From: Patescibacteria group bacterium
GTDB lineage: Bacteria; Patescibacteriota; Microgenomatia; UBA1400; PJMF01
DNA length: 58,392 nt
NCBI GenBank assembly: GCA_019454415.1
Contig: JACFOI010000006.1
Span: 1 to 58,392 of the forward strand
Direction of reading: 5' to 3'
Part shown: in pieces, positions 6,250-14,728 of the stretch
Layout of the letters: every line of letters starts with the position of its first letter
How positions within the stretch are numbered: the first letter of the stretch is position 1
Position numbers and translations under genes: made by a program
Notes under the pieces: model-generated
What the model was told of the DNA's origin: nothing
What the model saw: the letters and a program-made list of their open reading frames with translations, nothing else
Database searches by the model: none

Positions 6250-8118
6250 CTATACCAGCTGCATATACACGCGCCGCACTCCCGCCGAGGCTGACTGTTC
6301 CTTGGTCAACTTGATCGGTCCGATCTCGCCGGTTGACTTGACGTGTGGCCCGCCGCAGAACTCTTTGGAGATCCAGTCATGTTCCGGATCCTTGCCGATC
6401 GTATAGACCGACACCTGGTCGGGATACTTCTCGATAAAGAAGGCAATCGCGCCAGATCTGAGTGCGTCTTGCTTTTGCATCAGCTGCATCGTCACCGGCA
6501 GGTCTGCCTTAATCCAGTCGTTGACCAACTTCTCTACCTCCTGCTGTTGCTCGGTGGTCATGGGCGCATTATGGGAAAAATCAAAACGCAAACGCTCGCC
6601 GGTAATGTTTGAGCCTTTCTGCTGGACGTGGGTGCCGAGTACTTTACGAAGGGCCGCCTGGAGCAGGTGAGTTGCGGTGTGATATTTGGTTGTCACCTCA
6701 GAATGATCTGCTAAACCACCTTTGAACATCCCGGCCGAAGCTGAACGAGAGAGGTCTTTGTGTTTCTCAAACTCGGCTTTGAACTGGTCAACGTCTACCT
6801 GTTCGTGCTTTTGCTGTGCCATCTCGATCGTGATCTCTAACGGAAAGCCATAAGTCTGGTAAAGATCAAAGGCTACTTTGCCGTCAACCTTGTCCTGCTT
6901 TTCAAAGAAGCGCAGCCCCTTATCCAGTGACTTGCTGAACTTGGCTGCCTCTTCGGAAAGAACTCTGTCTATCAGATCTCGATCTACTCGACGATCAAAG
7001 TACACTCCATCATAGGTCTGCAGAACGCCTCGGTCGGCGATCGTAAACAGACTACTGGGATTCAGGCTGCCCCCCAGCTGATGCAGTTTGACGGTGGCGC
7101 GACGAATTAAGCGACGCAGGAAGTAGCCCTGAGTTTTGTTGGAAGGGACGACACCGTCTTTAATCAAGAAGACAGCAGCCTTCAAGTGATCGGCGATCAC
7201 CCGCATCTGAGTCTTGTGTTCTGCTTCGTACTTTTTGCCAGTGGTTTGTTCGATCTGCGCGATAATTTCGCTAAACAGCTCTGTCTCGAACACATCCCGT
7301 TTGTTGTTCTGGACGGCCAAGATCCGCTCTAGACCACCACCGAAGTCGACATTCTTCTGGGGCAGCTCTTTGAACGAGCCATCGTCTTGTTTCTGGTACT
7401 GCATGAAGACCGAGTTCCCGATCTCCAGGAAACGACCACAGTCACAGTTGACGTGACAGGGCTCGTTTTGGAATGGCGAGTTTTCGTGCAGCTTGAGCTC
7501 AGCACCAAAGTCAAAGAAAACTTCGCTGTCCGGGCCGCCAGGTTCGCCGGAAGGCATGTTGGCAGGTACGCCGGAACGGGACCACCAGTTTTTCTTTTCA
7601 CCATAGTAGAAGATCCGGCCGCCCTGGATGCCGTCACGCTCGGCATTGTCGACGTCTGTGGCTTCAATCCCGACTTCTTTAAACAGCTCTTTCCAGATCG
7701 CCACTGACTCTGTGTCACGCGGGATCCCCAACTCCTGACTGCCGCTAAAGACCGTCACAAACAGACGCTGCGGATCCAGACCAACTTCTTTGGTCAGAAA
7801 CTCGAAAAACCAACGTAGCTGCTCTTTCTTAAAGTAGTCCCCCAGCGACCAGTTTCCCAACATCTCGAAGAAGGTGGTGTGGCGGTTATCGCCAACTTCT
7901 TCAATATCCTGAGAGCGGAAACACTTTTGAGAGTCTGTGATCCGCGTACCTTTGGGATGCTTTTCTCCAAGGAGGTAGGGCACCATTGGCTGCATACCAG
8001 AGCCGGTAAATAAGGTCGTCGGGTCATTTTCAGGCACCAGCGGCGCCGACGGCACAATGGCATGGCCTTGCCGAGCAAAAAAATCGAGGTACTTTTGACG
8101 GAGCTGGTCCGGAGTCAT
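6250..8118 (-). CDS. alaS: Alanine--tRNA ligase, short form that ends after the editing domain
   Basis: The class II AlaRS N-terminus is MTPDQLRQKYLDFFARQGHAIVPSAPLVPENDPTTLFTGSGMQ. The editing-domain motifs HTATHLL and CGGPHV are present. I chose the ATG at 8118 (SD AAAAGGAAAAG) rather than the track start at 8220. Confidence 0.9.
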   Translation of the reverse strand: MTPDQLRQKYLDFFARQGHAIVPSAPLVPENDPTTLFTGSGMQPMVPYLLGEKHPKGTRITDSQKCFRSQDIEEVGDNRHTTFFEMLGNWSLGDYFKKEQLRWFFEFLTKEVGLDPQRLFVTVFSGSQELGIPRDTESVAIWKELFKEVGIEATDVDNAERDGIQGGRIFYYGEKKNWWSRSGVPANMPSGEPGGPDSEVFFDFGAELKLHENSPFQNEPCHVNCDCGRFLEIGNSVFMQYQKQDDGSFKELPQKNVDFGGGLERILAVQNNKRDVFETELFSEIIAQIEQTTGKKYEAEHKTQMRVIADHLKAAVFLIKDGVVPSNKTQGYFLRRLIRRATVKLHQLGGSLNPSSLFTIADRGVLQTYDGVYFDRRVDRDLIDRVLSEEAAKFSKSLDKGLRFFEKQDKVDGKVAFDLYQTYGFPLEITIEMAQQKHEQVDVDQFKAEFEKHKDLSRSASAGMFKGGLADHSEVTTKYHTATHLLQAALRKVLGTHVQQKGSNITGERLRFDFSHNAPMTTEQQQEVEKLVNDWIKADLPVTMQLMQKQDALRSGAIAFFIEKYPDQVSVYTIGKDPEHDWISKEFCGGPHVKSTGEIGPIKLTKEQSASAGVRRVYMQLV

Positions 8119-8231
8119 ACTTTTCCTTTTTTGGATAGATGGGAGTGTTTTTTGTGAGTCTTCGGGAACCACCGTTTCCTGGGGAACACTTTGGGCGGAC
8201 GACAACTCACAAAAAACCACGCCCTCGTATT

Positions 8232-8585
8232 TTACACGCCGCTGAACCGATTTCCCCTTTTTGCCCGCCGCGCCGACGTTTTCGCTGCCTTGCGCTGCTT
8301 GCTGGAGGTCATCAGCTCATCGGGAAGAGAAGCTTGAAACACTTCTTCAAACATATTTTGGAGGAATTGACGGATCGAAACTTGCTTATTAGGGAGGACA
8401 CCCTCTTTGACCATCTGATCTTTGGCGCCTTCCCACTCAGTGATCAACTGCTTGCGGACTTTGGCACCGCGCTCAGTAGCAAATAAAAAGTAGCCAGCTG
8501 CACCGGCGATCAACCCTAAACTAAAGCCAGCCACAAAACTACTTTGCTCAGGTGGGTATAGGGTGGAGTTACTATTCTCTGCCAT
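8232..8585 (-). CDS. YtxH-like membrane-associated protein
   Basis: 117 aa. An N-terminal Gly/Ala-rich helix FVAGFSLGLIAGAAGYFLFATERGAKVRKQL resembles YtxH. It overlaps the upstream gene by 14 nt. Confidence 0.6.
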   Translation of the reverse strand: MAENSNSTLYPPEQSSFVAGFSLGLIAGAAGYFLFATERGAKVRKQLITEWEGAKDQMVKEGVLPNKQVSIRQFLQNMFEEVFQASLPDELMTSSKQRKAAKTSARRAKRGNRFSGV

Positions 8586-8853
8586 CGTACTTATTGCGAT
8601 TTAGCCATCGAGTAAATGACTCAAAAACCTTTAGACCGGTTCCCAAACTGGAGGTGAGCCCACCCAGACTCTGAAGCGGCATGATAATCGAGTTAACTTT
8701 GAGCTCTGCCATATCAATCGCGTTGTTGACCTTGTCGAGGGTTCGTTTGACGCTCATCAACACCTGGATGACATAGACGCCGACGACCACCATCATCACA
8801 GTCAGAACTGAAACCGCGATGGTTAAAATTAAGGGAAGAATATCTGGATTCAT
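8572..8853 (-). CDS. Small membrane protein, DUF948-like
   Basis: 93 aa with a single N-terminal transmembrane (TM) helix followed by a coiled segment. Pairing with a YtxH-like gene is typical of this family. Confidence 0.5.
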   Translation of the reverse strand: MNPDILPLILTIAVSVLTVMMVVVGVYVIQVLMSVKRTLDKVNNAIDMAELKVNSIIMPLQSLGGLTSSLGTGLKVFESFTRWLNRNKYDGRE

Positions 8854-8868
8854 AGTGGGGTAACTATA

Positions 8869-9513
8869 TCATAGTTTGACTCTGATAATCCTCTGGATCA
8901 CGCTCTTTTTGCCGCGCCGATCCACTGATTCAATCGTAATAATATGGGTACCCTCTTTGGGCAGCAACACCTCGGTCTCAAAACGGCCATCAGGATAGAG
9001 AGAAACGGGCTGGGCGTTGACTGAAACGATGGCGTCAGGCAGCGTCTTGCCGGTTACTTTTACCCGCTCGCCCACTACCTGGTTTTCTTCCGGGGTGGTC
9101 AGATCAAGCAATGGTGGCTTCTGGAAGCTGTACCACTGGACTGCCACATAAGAGATGAGCGTCAGAAAAATTACGCCCAGAAAAAGAAAGGTCATGGTCA
9201 GCGGCGTCCAGATTTGTTGTTTCTTTAACACCGGACGAATAAACTCCCGCGGCACAAGCTTGCCACCAGCGCTCTCTTTGAAGTCGCGACGAAGCGTAGC
9301 GAGGAGCGGTAAGGGATCCTGACCGTAAAAGTCCGCTAAACTCTTGATGAACCCTTTGACAAAAGTGGCGGCAGGTAGTTTTTCAAACTGATTCTGTTCG
9401 AGTGCAGTCAGGTAGTTGGGCTGGATCTTGGTGGCGTCTACGACTTGGGCGATGGTTAAACCTCGTTTTTGTCGTTCCGTTGCCAGCAGCTCTCCAATCG
9501 TTTTTGTTTTCAC
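8869..9513 (-). CDS. RodZ-like helix-turn-helix (HTH) membrane protein
   Basis: 214 aa. An N-terminal XRE-type HTH (IGELLATERQKRGLTIAQVVDATKIQPNYLTALEQNQFEKLPAATFVKGFIKSLADFYG) is followed by a TM helix and an extracellular C-terminus. GTG start. Confidence 0.65.
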   Translation of the reverse strand: MKTKTIGELLATERQKRGLTIAQVVDATKIQPNYLTALEQNQFEKLPAATFVKGFIKSLADFYGQDPLPLLATLRRDFKESAGGKLVPREFIRPVLKKQQIWTPLTMTFLFLGVIFLTLISYVAVQWYSFQKPPLLDLTTPEENQVVGERVKVTGKTLPDAIVSVNAQPVSLYPDGRFETEVLLPKEGTHIITIESVDRRGKKSVIQRIIRVKL

Positions 9514-9567
9514 AGTGAACGTAGTGTAGGGGAGATCGTCTGCCTTGCCAAGTTCGCTCAGTCAGCT

Positions 9568-10005
9568 TTAGCTATTCATCAGCTTTTTGACCATGGCGGA
9601 AACAGAAGAGCCTTCTGCTTTCCCTTGAACTTTGGCCATAACAGCTCTCATGGTCTTGCCGAAGTCAGACTCACCCAGCTCAGACATCACTTCTTTAACC
9701 GTTTTTTCCAACTCTTCAGGGCTTAACTGGCTGGGAAGGTAGCGTTCAATGATCGAGACTTTCTTCTCTTCCTCTTCCACCAAGTCCTGACGACCACCAC
9801 GAGCAAACTCACTGATGGCGTCCCGCATCTGCTTGACCTCTTTGCTGATGATCTTGACGACATCCTCGTCAGTCGGAAGACCATGATCGATCTCCCAGTT
9901 TTTAATAGAAGACAGCAGGTAGCGAACAGTGTTTAAGGTCAACATGTCTTTCGCCCGCATGGCGTTTTTCATGTCTTCGGTAAGTTTGGCGCGCAGTTCT
10001 GACAT
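9568..10005 (-). CDS. GatB/YqeY domain protein
   Basis: MSELRAKLTEDMKNAMRAKDMLTLNTVRYLLSSIKNWEID matches the YqeY family. I chose the ATG at 10005; the track ORF extends upstream to 10179. Confidence 0.8.
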   Translation of the reverse strand: MSELRAKLTEDMKNAMRAKDMLTLNTVRYLLSSIKNWEIDHGLPTDEDVVKIISKEVKQMRDAISEFARGGRQDLVEEEEKKVSIIERYLPSQLSPEELEKTVKEVMSELGESDFGKTMRAVMAKVQGKAEGSSVSAMVKKLMNS

Positions 10006-10063
10006 AGAGTCCTTCTTGATTGATTTTCCCTGATGTGATTGTATCACTACGACAGCTCTTTCC

Positions 10064-11098
10064 GTGATGACAGACACCGCATCGACCCCACCAGCACCTA
10101 CCCCAACCAACTCCGCTAAAGTCCCGGCTACTCTTTTTAGCGGCTTTCTGGGCTCAGGCAAAACCACCATTATCGGCAATCTGATCGATGACCTCCAGAG
10201 TCAGGGTGTACAGATTGCATATATCAAGAACGAGGTGGGCACGGACACTGTGGATGAGGACATTGTCCGTGGCAAAAATATCCTGACGAAGGAGCTGCTC
10301 AACGGTTGCATCTGCTGTACTTTGGTCGGCAACTTTCACGCAGCCTTGACCGAAATTGTAGAGACGATTCATCCAGACCGGATCATTATCGAAGCGTCGG
10401 GCGTCAGTGATCCTACTGCGATTGCACTGACCCTGAATGCGCATCCTCTTATTTACCGTGACGGAATTATTACCATCATTGACGTGGTCAACTACAACGG
10501 CGTGCCTGTTTTTGACAAGGTAGCCCAACGTCAGGCCGAGTTCACTGATTTGATTATCTTTAATAAAGTCGAACAGGTCAGTGAAGATCGAAAACGACAA
10601 GTGGTCGGCTATGTGAGGGAAGTGAACACCAAAGCGCCGATCGTTGAGGCTCCTCACGGACACATCCACCCCAGTTTAGTCTTTGGCCTCTTCCCCAGTG
10701 ACATTGAAGGCCAGACAAAGATGTTAGAGCTAAAGAAGCGGGAAGTAGAGGAGCACCAACGGCTGCACCAAGCAGGCATCACGCATGATGAACACGGACA
10801 CTTGGAGGAAGATCACATCCAAACGTTCACGATCGAGACCGATGCTGCTTTTGACTCAGAAAGGTTGGTCAACGAACTCGCCCGTCTGCCCCAGCAGCTC
10901 TTCCGCGTCAAAGGTTTCCTGAATGTCAAGACAGCCGAGGGGTCAAAAATGATGATCGTCAACGGTGTGAACCAGCAGATTGCCCTGACTGATGTGCCGC
11001 CAAACTTCAAGGCAGAAAGTGGGAAGCTCGTCTGCATCGGTTTTCTGATTGATGAGCTGAAACCACTGGTTGAGGAGGCCTTGGTCAAAGCCAAATAA
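10064..11098 (+). CDS. COG0523-family (CobW/ZigA-like) GTPase metallochaperone
   Basis: P-loop GFLGSGKTT, CxCC motif GCICCTL, and a His-rich segment HQRLHQAGITHDEHGHLEEDH. GTG at 10064, ATG at 10067. Confidence 0.85.
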   Translation: MMTDTASTPPAPTPTNSAKVPATLFSGFLGSGKTTIIGNLIDDLQSQGVQIAYIKNEVGTDTVDEDIVRGKNILTKELLNGCICCTLVGNFHAALTEIVETIHPDRIIIEASGVSDPTAIALTLNAHPLIYRDGIITIIDVVNYNGVPVFDKVAQRQAEFTDLIIFNKVEQVSEDRKRQVVGYVREVNTKAPIVEAPHGHIHPSLVFGLFPSDIEGQTKMLELKKREVEEHQRLHQAGITHDEHGHLEEDHIQTFTIETDAAFDSERLVNELARLPQQLFRVKGFLNVKTAEGSKMMIVNGVNQQIALTDVPPNFKAESGKLVCIGFLIDELKPLVEEALVKAK

Positions 11099-11125
11099 GA
11101 ATAGTAACGTCAACGGAAAGTGTCC

Positions 11126-11425
11126 ATGACAAAGTACAAACAATACTTTCAAGAAATGTCTGATCAAAATGAGGAGCTATTCAAGTCCTTTGATCGGGTT
11201 CATGCTGGCTATTTGACAGACCGCAAAGCCTGGAGCGCCAAGTTTCACTTCGTTGGTCAACAAGTGGTCGACATCATCCGCGAGTGGGAGCAGCGGCTGT
11301 GTTCTGGGATGGAGCGCGGCGCCAACGGTGTCTACTCAATGAAGTTGGCTGATAAGTTCTGGAGTGAAGTCAAGAAACGCTACTCCCACATCGAGTTGGT
11401 GGGGGTACGATCCAACTTAGACTAA
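11126..11425 (+). CDS. Hypothetical protein, about 99 aa
   Basis: ORF with SD GGAAAG 5 nt before the ATG at 11126. It sits between the COG0523 and Fur-family genes. I recognised no family. Confidence 0.5.
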   Translation: MTKYKQYFQEMSDQNEELFKSFDRVHAGYLTDRKAWSAKFHFVGQQVVDIIREWEQRLCSGMERGANGVYSMKLADKFWSEVKKRYSHIELVGVRSNLD

Positions 11426-11448
11426 AAGATACGGGTATAATATCCCTA

Positions 11449-11883
11449 ATGCACGACGAACCCCTCGACGCAGCCTACTATCAAGATCTTCTTCGTGAGC
11501 ATGAGCTCAGTGTGACGCCGTTTCGCGTTAAACTGCTGAAGCTGCTCGCCAAACTATCCGTGCCACTCTCAGTCCAGAATATCGCGGCCAAGTTCGATGA
11601 AGCGGTAGATAAAGTCACCCTCTACCGAAATCTGGAGGCATTTGAGCATGCCGGGCTGGTCTGCCGTATGTACTTTAACGGCCAAGAAGCACTCTATGAA
11701 CAGCGATTTACTGATCATCACCACCATCACTTAATCTGCACCAACTGTGGTCGGATCGAGGACGTCGCGGGCTGCTCAATTGAAACACCACGGACGGGGA
11801 GTGGCTTCAAAATTAACCACCACCATCTCGAGTTTTACGGCTTATGTCACGAATGCCAGCTCAAAAAGCAAGGCATTATCTAG
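11449..11883 (+). CDS. Fur-family metalloregulator, likely Zur given the neighbouring genes
   Basis: 144 aa with a winged-helix N-terminus. It contains HHHHHLICTNCGRIEDV and HHHLEFYGLCHECQ (two CxxC pairs). TATAAT at 11436-11441 lies 7 nt before the ATG. Confidence 0.85.
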   Translation: MHDEPLDAAYYQDLLREHELSVTPFRVKLLKLLAKLSVPLSVQNIAAKFDEAVDKVTLYRNLEAFEHAGLVCRMYFNGQEALYEQRFTDHHHHHLICTNCGRIEDVAGCSIETPRTGSGFKINHHHLEFYGLCHECQLKKQGII

Positions 11884-11894
11884 CCGTTTTCTGT

Positions 11895-12536
11895 TTACTC
11901 CTGATTTCGGGGAATCAGCACGGAATCAATTACGTACACTACCCCATTACTCTGAGCAACATCTGGTGTCTCGATGCTGGCGTTATTTCCCTGAGAATCT
12001 GTCAACGTAACAATGCCATTGATCACGTTTATGGTGATCTGCTCACCTTGCAAAGTAGTCAGCTTCTGACCATTTCCCCCATCTTCCAGTGCTGAGAAGT
12101 GGTAAATACCAGGCACGACGTGATACTTCAGCACAGCCTGCAAGGCAGCACTGTTTGTCGGCTCGAGCCACTCAGACAAAGTGCCTGGTGGCAGCTTCTC
12201 AAATGCAGCATTTGTCGGGGCAAAAACGGTAAATGGTCCAGGAGTGTTAAGTGTTTCAGTTAAACCAGCTTGCTGGACTGCAGACATCAAACTGGTCAAG
12301 TTGGGGGCGTCAGCTGCGTTAACTGCAATCGGCCGAGAGGGCAGCATCATCGCTCCCCCGACGACGACTCCCTCTTCTGTCTGAGTGGAAGGGTTATCTA
12401 AAGAAGGATCCTCCACCGTTACCATTGAGGTTTCGGTTGGTGTCTGCGGAGGGTTCTGTGGCTGACAGCCGGAAAAGAGGAGTGCTACAGCAATAGCGCC
12501 TCCTATGATCATCTGGTTTTTTTTAATTGTAGGCAT
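11895..12536 (-). CDS. Fasciclin (FAS1) domain lipoprotein
   Basis: Lipobox LLFSGC. The FAS1 motifs are LMSAVQQAGLTETLNTPGPFTVFAPTNAAFEKLP and NGVVYVIDSVLIP. Confidence 0.85.
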   Translation of the reverse strand: MPTIKKNQMIIGGAIAVALLFSGCQPQNPPQTPTETSMVTVEDPSLDNPSTQTEEGVVVGGAMMLPSRPIAVNAADAPNLTSLMSAVQQAGLTETLNTPGPFTVFAPTNAAFEKLPPGTLSEWLEPTNSAALQAVLKYHVVPGIYHFSALEDGGNGQKLTTLQGEQITINVINGIVTLTDSQGNNASIETPDVAQSNGVVYVIDSVLIPRNQE

Positions 12537-12647
12537 GACGTCCTTTCTTGCCCTCCTTCGGCAATGCTTTTATAGTTAATCGTTTTTTAAAGAAAGATTC
12601 TTGACGCTTTTGTAAGAGTGCTGCAAGAAAACCGCTACTCTGCCGCA

Positions 12648-13679
12648 CTATCTCTCTTTTTCATGTTCCAGGATGCTTTGGGCAATCGGCTCCCCAAACT
12701 CTCTGAAACTAATAATAAACCCTGTATCGCCCGGGAACCGACCGATCACTCCTGCAAAGTATAAACCTGGTTGTTTCTTGGACTGATGATCCTGATCAAT
12801 GTCAACGTGATGCTCTCTGTCCTCCACAACCTCATCTACCAGACTCGCCACTGGCTCAATATTCAGTAAGAAACCGGTACAGATGATGGGTTTTTCCGGT
12901 GAGCTAAGTTGCTTTCCGTCTTCACTTTCTAGGTAGTACCTCTCGCCTTCTTTATAAATCCGTTTAACCCGGAAGTGTTCGACAATGTCAACCAATCCTT
13001 CTCTCTCCATATCCTGCACAAACTTCATATTCTCTTTCCACAGGCAATCAATCGGCATGGGAATCTGGTACTCACGAGAAACTACCAATGTCACTTTCCG
13101 GCCGGGTCGGGCCAGTTGCATGACTACGCCGCTGGCGCCATTGGCACTACCGACGACAGTAATCTCTTTAGCGTCTATATCATCAAGATAGGGCAGCTTT
13201 GCATAGTGGATGTAGCAGCCTTCCATATCCAGGTCTTCATTTGGGGTGTAGTACATGCCTGCTGCCCAAACAACATACTTACTCGTCAGGTATCCGTCGC
13301 CGCGGAGGTTCAGCACAAACTCTTCGCGTTCCGGATTAAAAAACACATTTTCAACCGTGGTGTTTTTCTTGACCGGGATCTTCTTTACCTGTGCGACATA
13401 ATCAAGATATTTTTGGTACATGAGATGACTTGGATGAGGAATGTTGGGGAAAACCTCTGAGGTGCGAACATTAGCAATCTCGTTATCATCCTTAGTCGGA
13501 GAACTTTCCGAAAGCAGATGTGTATCAGCCGGATAGTCCAGCCAAGCTTGTCCGACCTCACCACGGTCAACCACTAGGATATCTTCAGGATGAAAGCCAG
13601 CTTCAAGAAGGGCAGCTGCAACAGATAGACCACCTGGCCCGGCACCCACGATCACGACTGTGTAAAGATGATGTGACAT
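12648..13679 (-). CDS. FAD/NAD(P)-binding oxidoreductase (pyridine nucleotide-disulfide oxidoreductase-like)
   Basis: Rossmann motif VVIVGAGPGGLSVAAALLEAG and a second dinucleotide motif ITVVGSANGASG. ATG at 13679, with GTG at 13685 as an alternative. Confidence 0.75.
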   Translation of the reverse strand: MSHHLYTVVIVGAGPGGLSVAAALLEAGFHPEDILVVDRGEVGQAWLDYPADTHLLSESSPTKDDNEIANVRTSEVFPNIPHPSHLMYQKYLDYVAQVKKIPVKKNTTVENVFFNPEREEFVLNLRGDGYLTSKYVVWAAGMYYTPNEDLDMEGCYIHYAKLPYLDDIDAKEITVVGSANGASGVVMQLARPGRKVTLVVSREYQIPMPIDCLWKENMKFVQDMEREGLVDIVEHFRVKRIYKEGERYYLESEDGKQLSSPEKPIICTGFLLNIEPVASLVDEVVEDREHHVDIDQDHQSKKQPGLYFAGVIGRFPGDTGFIISFREFGEPIAQSILEHEKER

Positions 13680-13690
13680 ACTCACCCATC

Positions 13691-14278
13691 CTAAAGTTGC
13701 AGGAACTCAAGATCAATTGGTAACTTCTCTGTGAGCTGTCTCCAGAGTTTTTCGGAGGTTGTCTGTTGAGGCTTTTTATAGAGGAGGTACGTCCCCAGTT
13801 TGGTCTGAATCTCTTCCTCGTCGCTCGGGTGAATGATTAAACGGACCTTTTGAAGCTGAGGAAACACTACCCGCAGGTAGAGCACTCTGCTTTCTCCTCT
13901 GTCTTCAAACCAAAACTGACTGACGTCGGACCAAAAGTAGTACTTCTCCCCCACCTTCACTCCTAAGGTAGTGATGGAACAGTTTAAGAATAAGGGTTTG
14001 GAGGTCATCAATAAAAAGTAAAGGCCGGACATGACTGTAAAGACCAGCGCCACCACAAACTCTCCAAGCAGGACTGCCACCAAGATACAGAAGAAGATAA
14101 TCAGCGTCAGGTAGAGACGCTCAGTTCCCTGATGTTTCCGTTCGATCTTACTTGGTGCCCGCCATTCAAAAAGAATCTTTTCTTGTACCACGTAGCGATC
14201 CAAGCCCATCGGGTCCTGATAGTACTGCTCAGGAAACTGAGGTCGTTTCGCTCTCGTTGGCTGTTTTTCTTCGGGCAT
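13691..14278 (-). CDS. Hypothetical membrane protein
   Basis: 195 aa with two central TM helices. I recognised no family. Confidence 0.5.
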   Translation of the reverse strand: MPEEKQPTRAKRPQFPEQYYQDPMGLDRYVVQEKILFEWRAPSKIERKHQGTERLYLTLIIFFCILVAVLLGEFVVALVFTVMSGLYFLLMTSKPLFLNCSITTLGVKVGEKYYFWSDVSQFWFEDRGESRVLYLRVVFPQLQKVRLIIHPSDEEEIQTKLGTYLLYKKPQQTTSEKLWRQLTEKLPIDLEFLQL

Positions 14279-14314
14279 ATCTAGATCGTAAACAAAAAAG
14301 ACTTGGGAAGCAAG

Positions 14315-14728
14315 CTAAAGCGAAACCGAAGATTGTCTGTTCGGCCGAACTAGCTGCCCATCGGTCTTGGCGATCATCTCCGCAATAGCTCCCAGAAAAG
14401 AGTCCGGCGTATGGTCACTTTTAATAATATAGCCCAAGATACCTTTACTTCTCAGCTCTTCCTTCAGCCTGGCATGATCAAGGTTCGTCAGCATGACAGT
14501 CTGAGATGCTCTGCCCGGGATGCGCTCGATAAACTCAACCCCGCTCATTTCAGGGAGCATCACGTCCAGCAGAATAAGGTCAGTATCTTCGCCGGCGAGT
14601 GCTTTGAGGGCAGTTCTTGCTGAGGTCACCCAACGTACTTGGTACCCTGATTCCTGCAGAAGGTGGCTGTACAGCCTTCCCAGTAAATGATCGTCTTCAA
14701 TAAGCAGAATGGAGTGAGGCCTGTGCAT
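14315..14728 (-). CDS. Stand-alone response-regulator receiver domain (CheY-like)
   Basis: ILLIEDDHLLGRLYSHLLQESGYQVRWVTSARTALKAL...DLILLDVMLPEMSG. There is no output domain. I chose the ATG at 14728; it overlaps the histidine-kinase (HK) 3' end. Confidence 0.8.
   Translation of the reverse strand: MHRPHSILLIEDDHLLGRLYSHLLQESGYQVRWVTSARTALKALAGEDTDLILLDVMLPEMSGVEFIERIPGRASQTVMLTNLDHARLKEELRSKGILGYIIKSDHTPDSFLGAIAEMIAKTDGQLVRPNRQSSVSL

Noticed and set aside
7329-7718. Alternative-frame and antisense ORFs inside alaS (7329-7718, 7387-7707, 7794-8078, 6343-6612)
   Set aside because: They are nested in the AlaRS frame. Their composition is Arg/Ser/Thr-rich and typical of shadow ORFs in GC-richer DNA.
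8119-8231. A T-box leader upstream of alaS
   Set aside because: The region is only about 113 nt. It has no specifier-loop/T-box (AAUUAGGGUGGNACCGCG-like) sequence and no terminator/antiterminator pair of the T-box type.
10154-10669. A 171-aa minus-strand ORF opposite the COG0523 gene, and the 93-aa and 74-aa ORFs at 10813-11167
   Set aside because: They are antisense to a gene with clear P-loop and CxCC motifs and have no features of their own.
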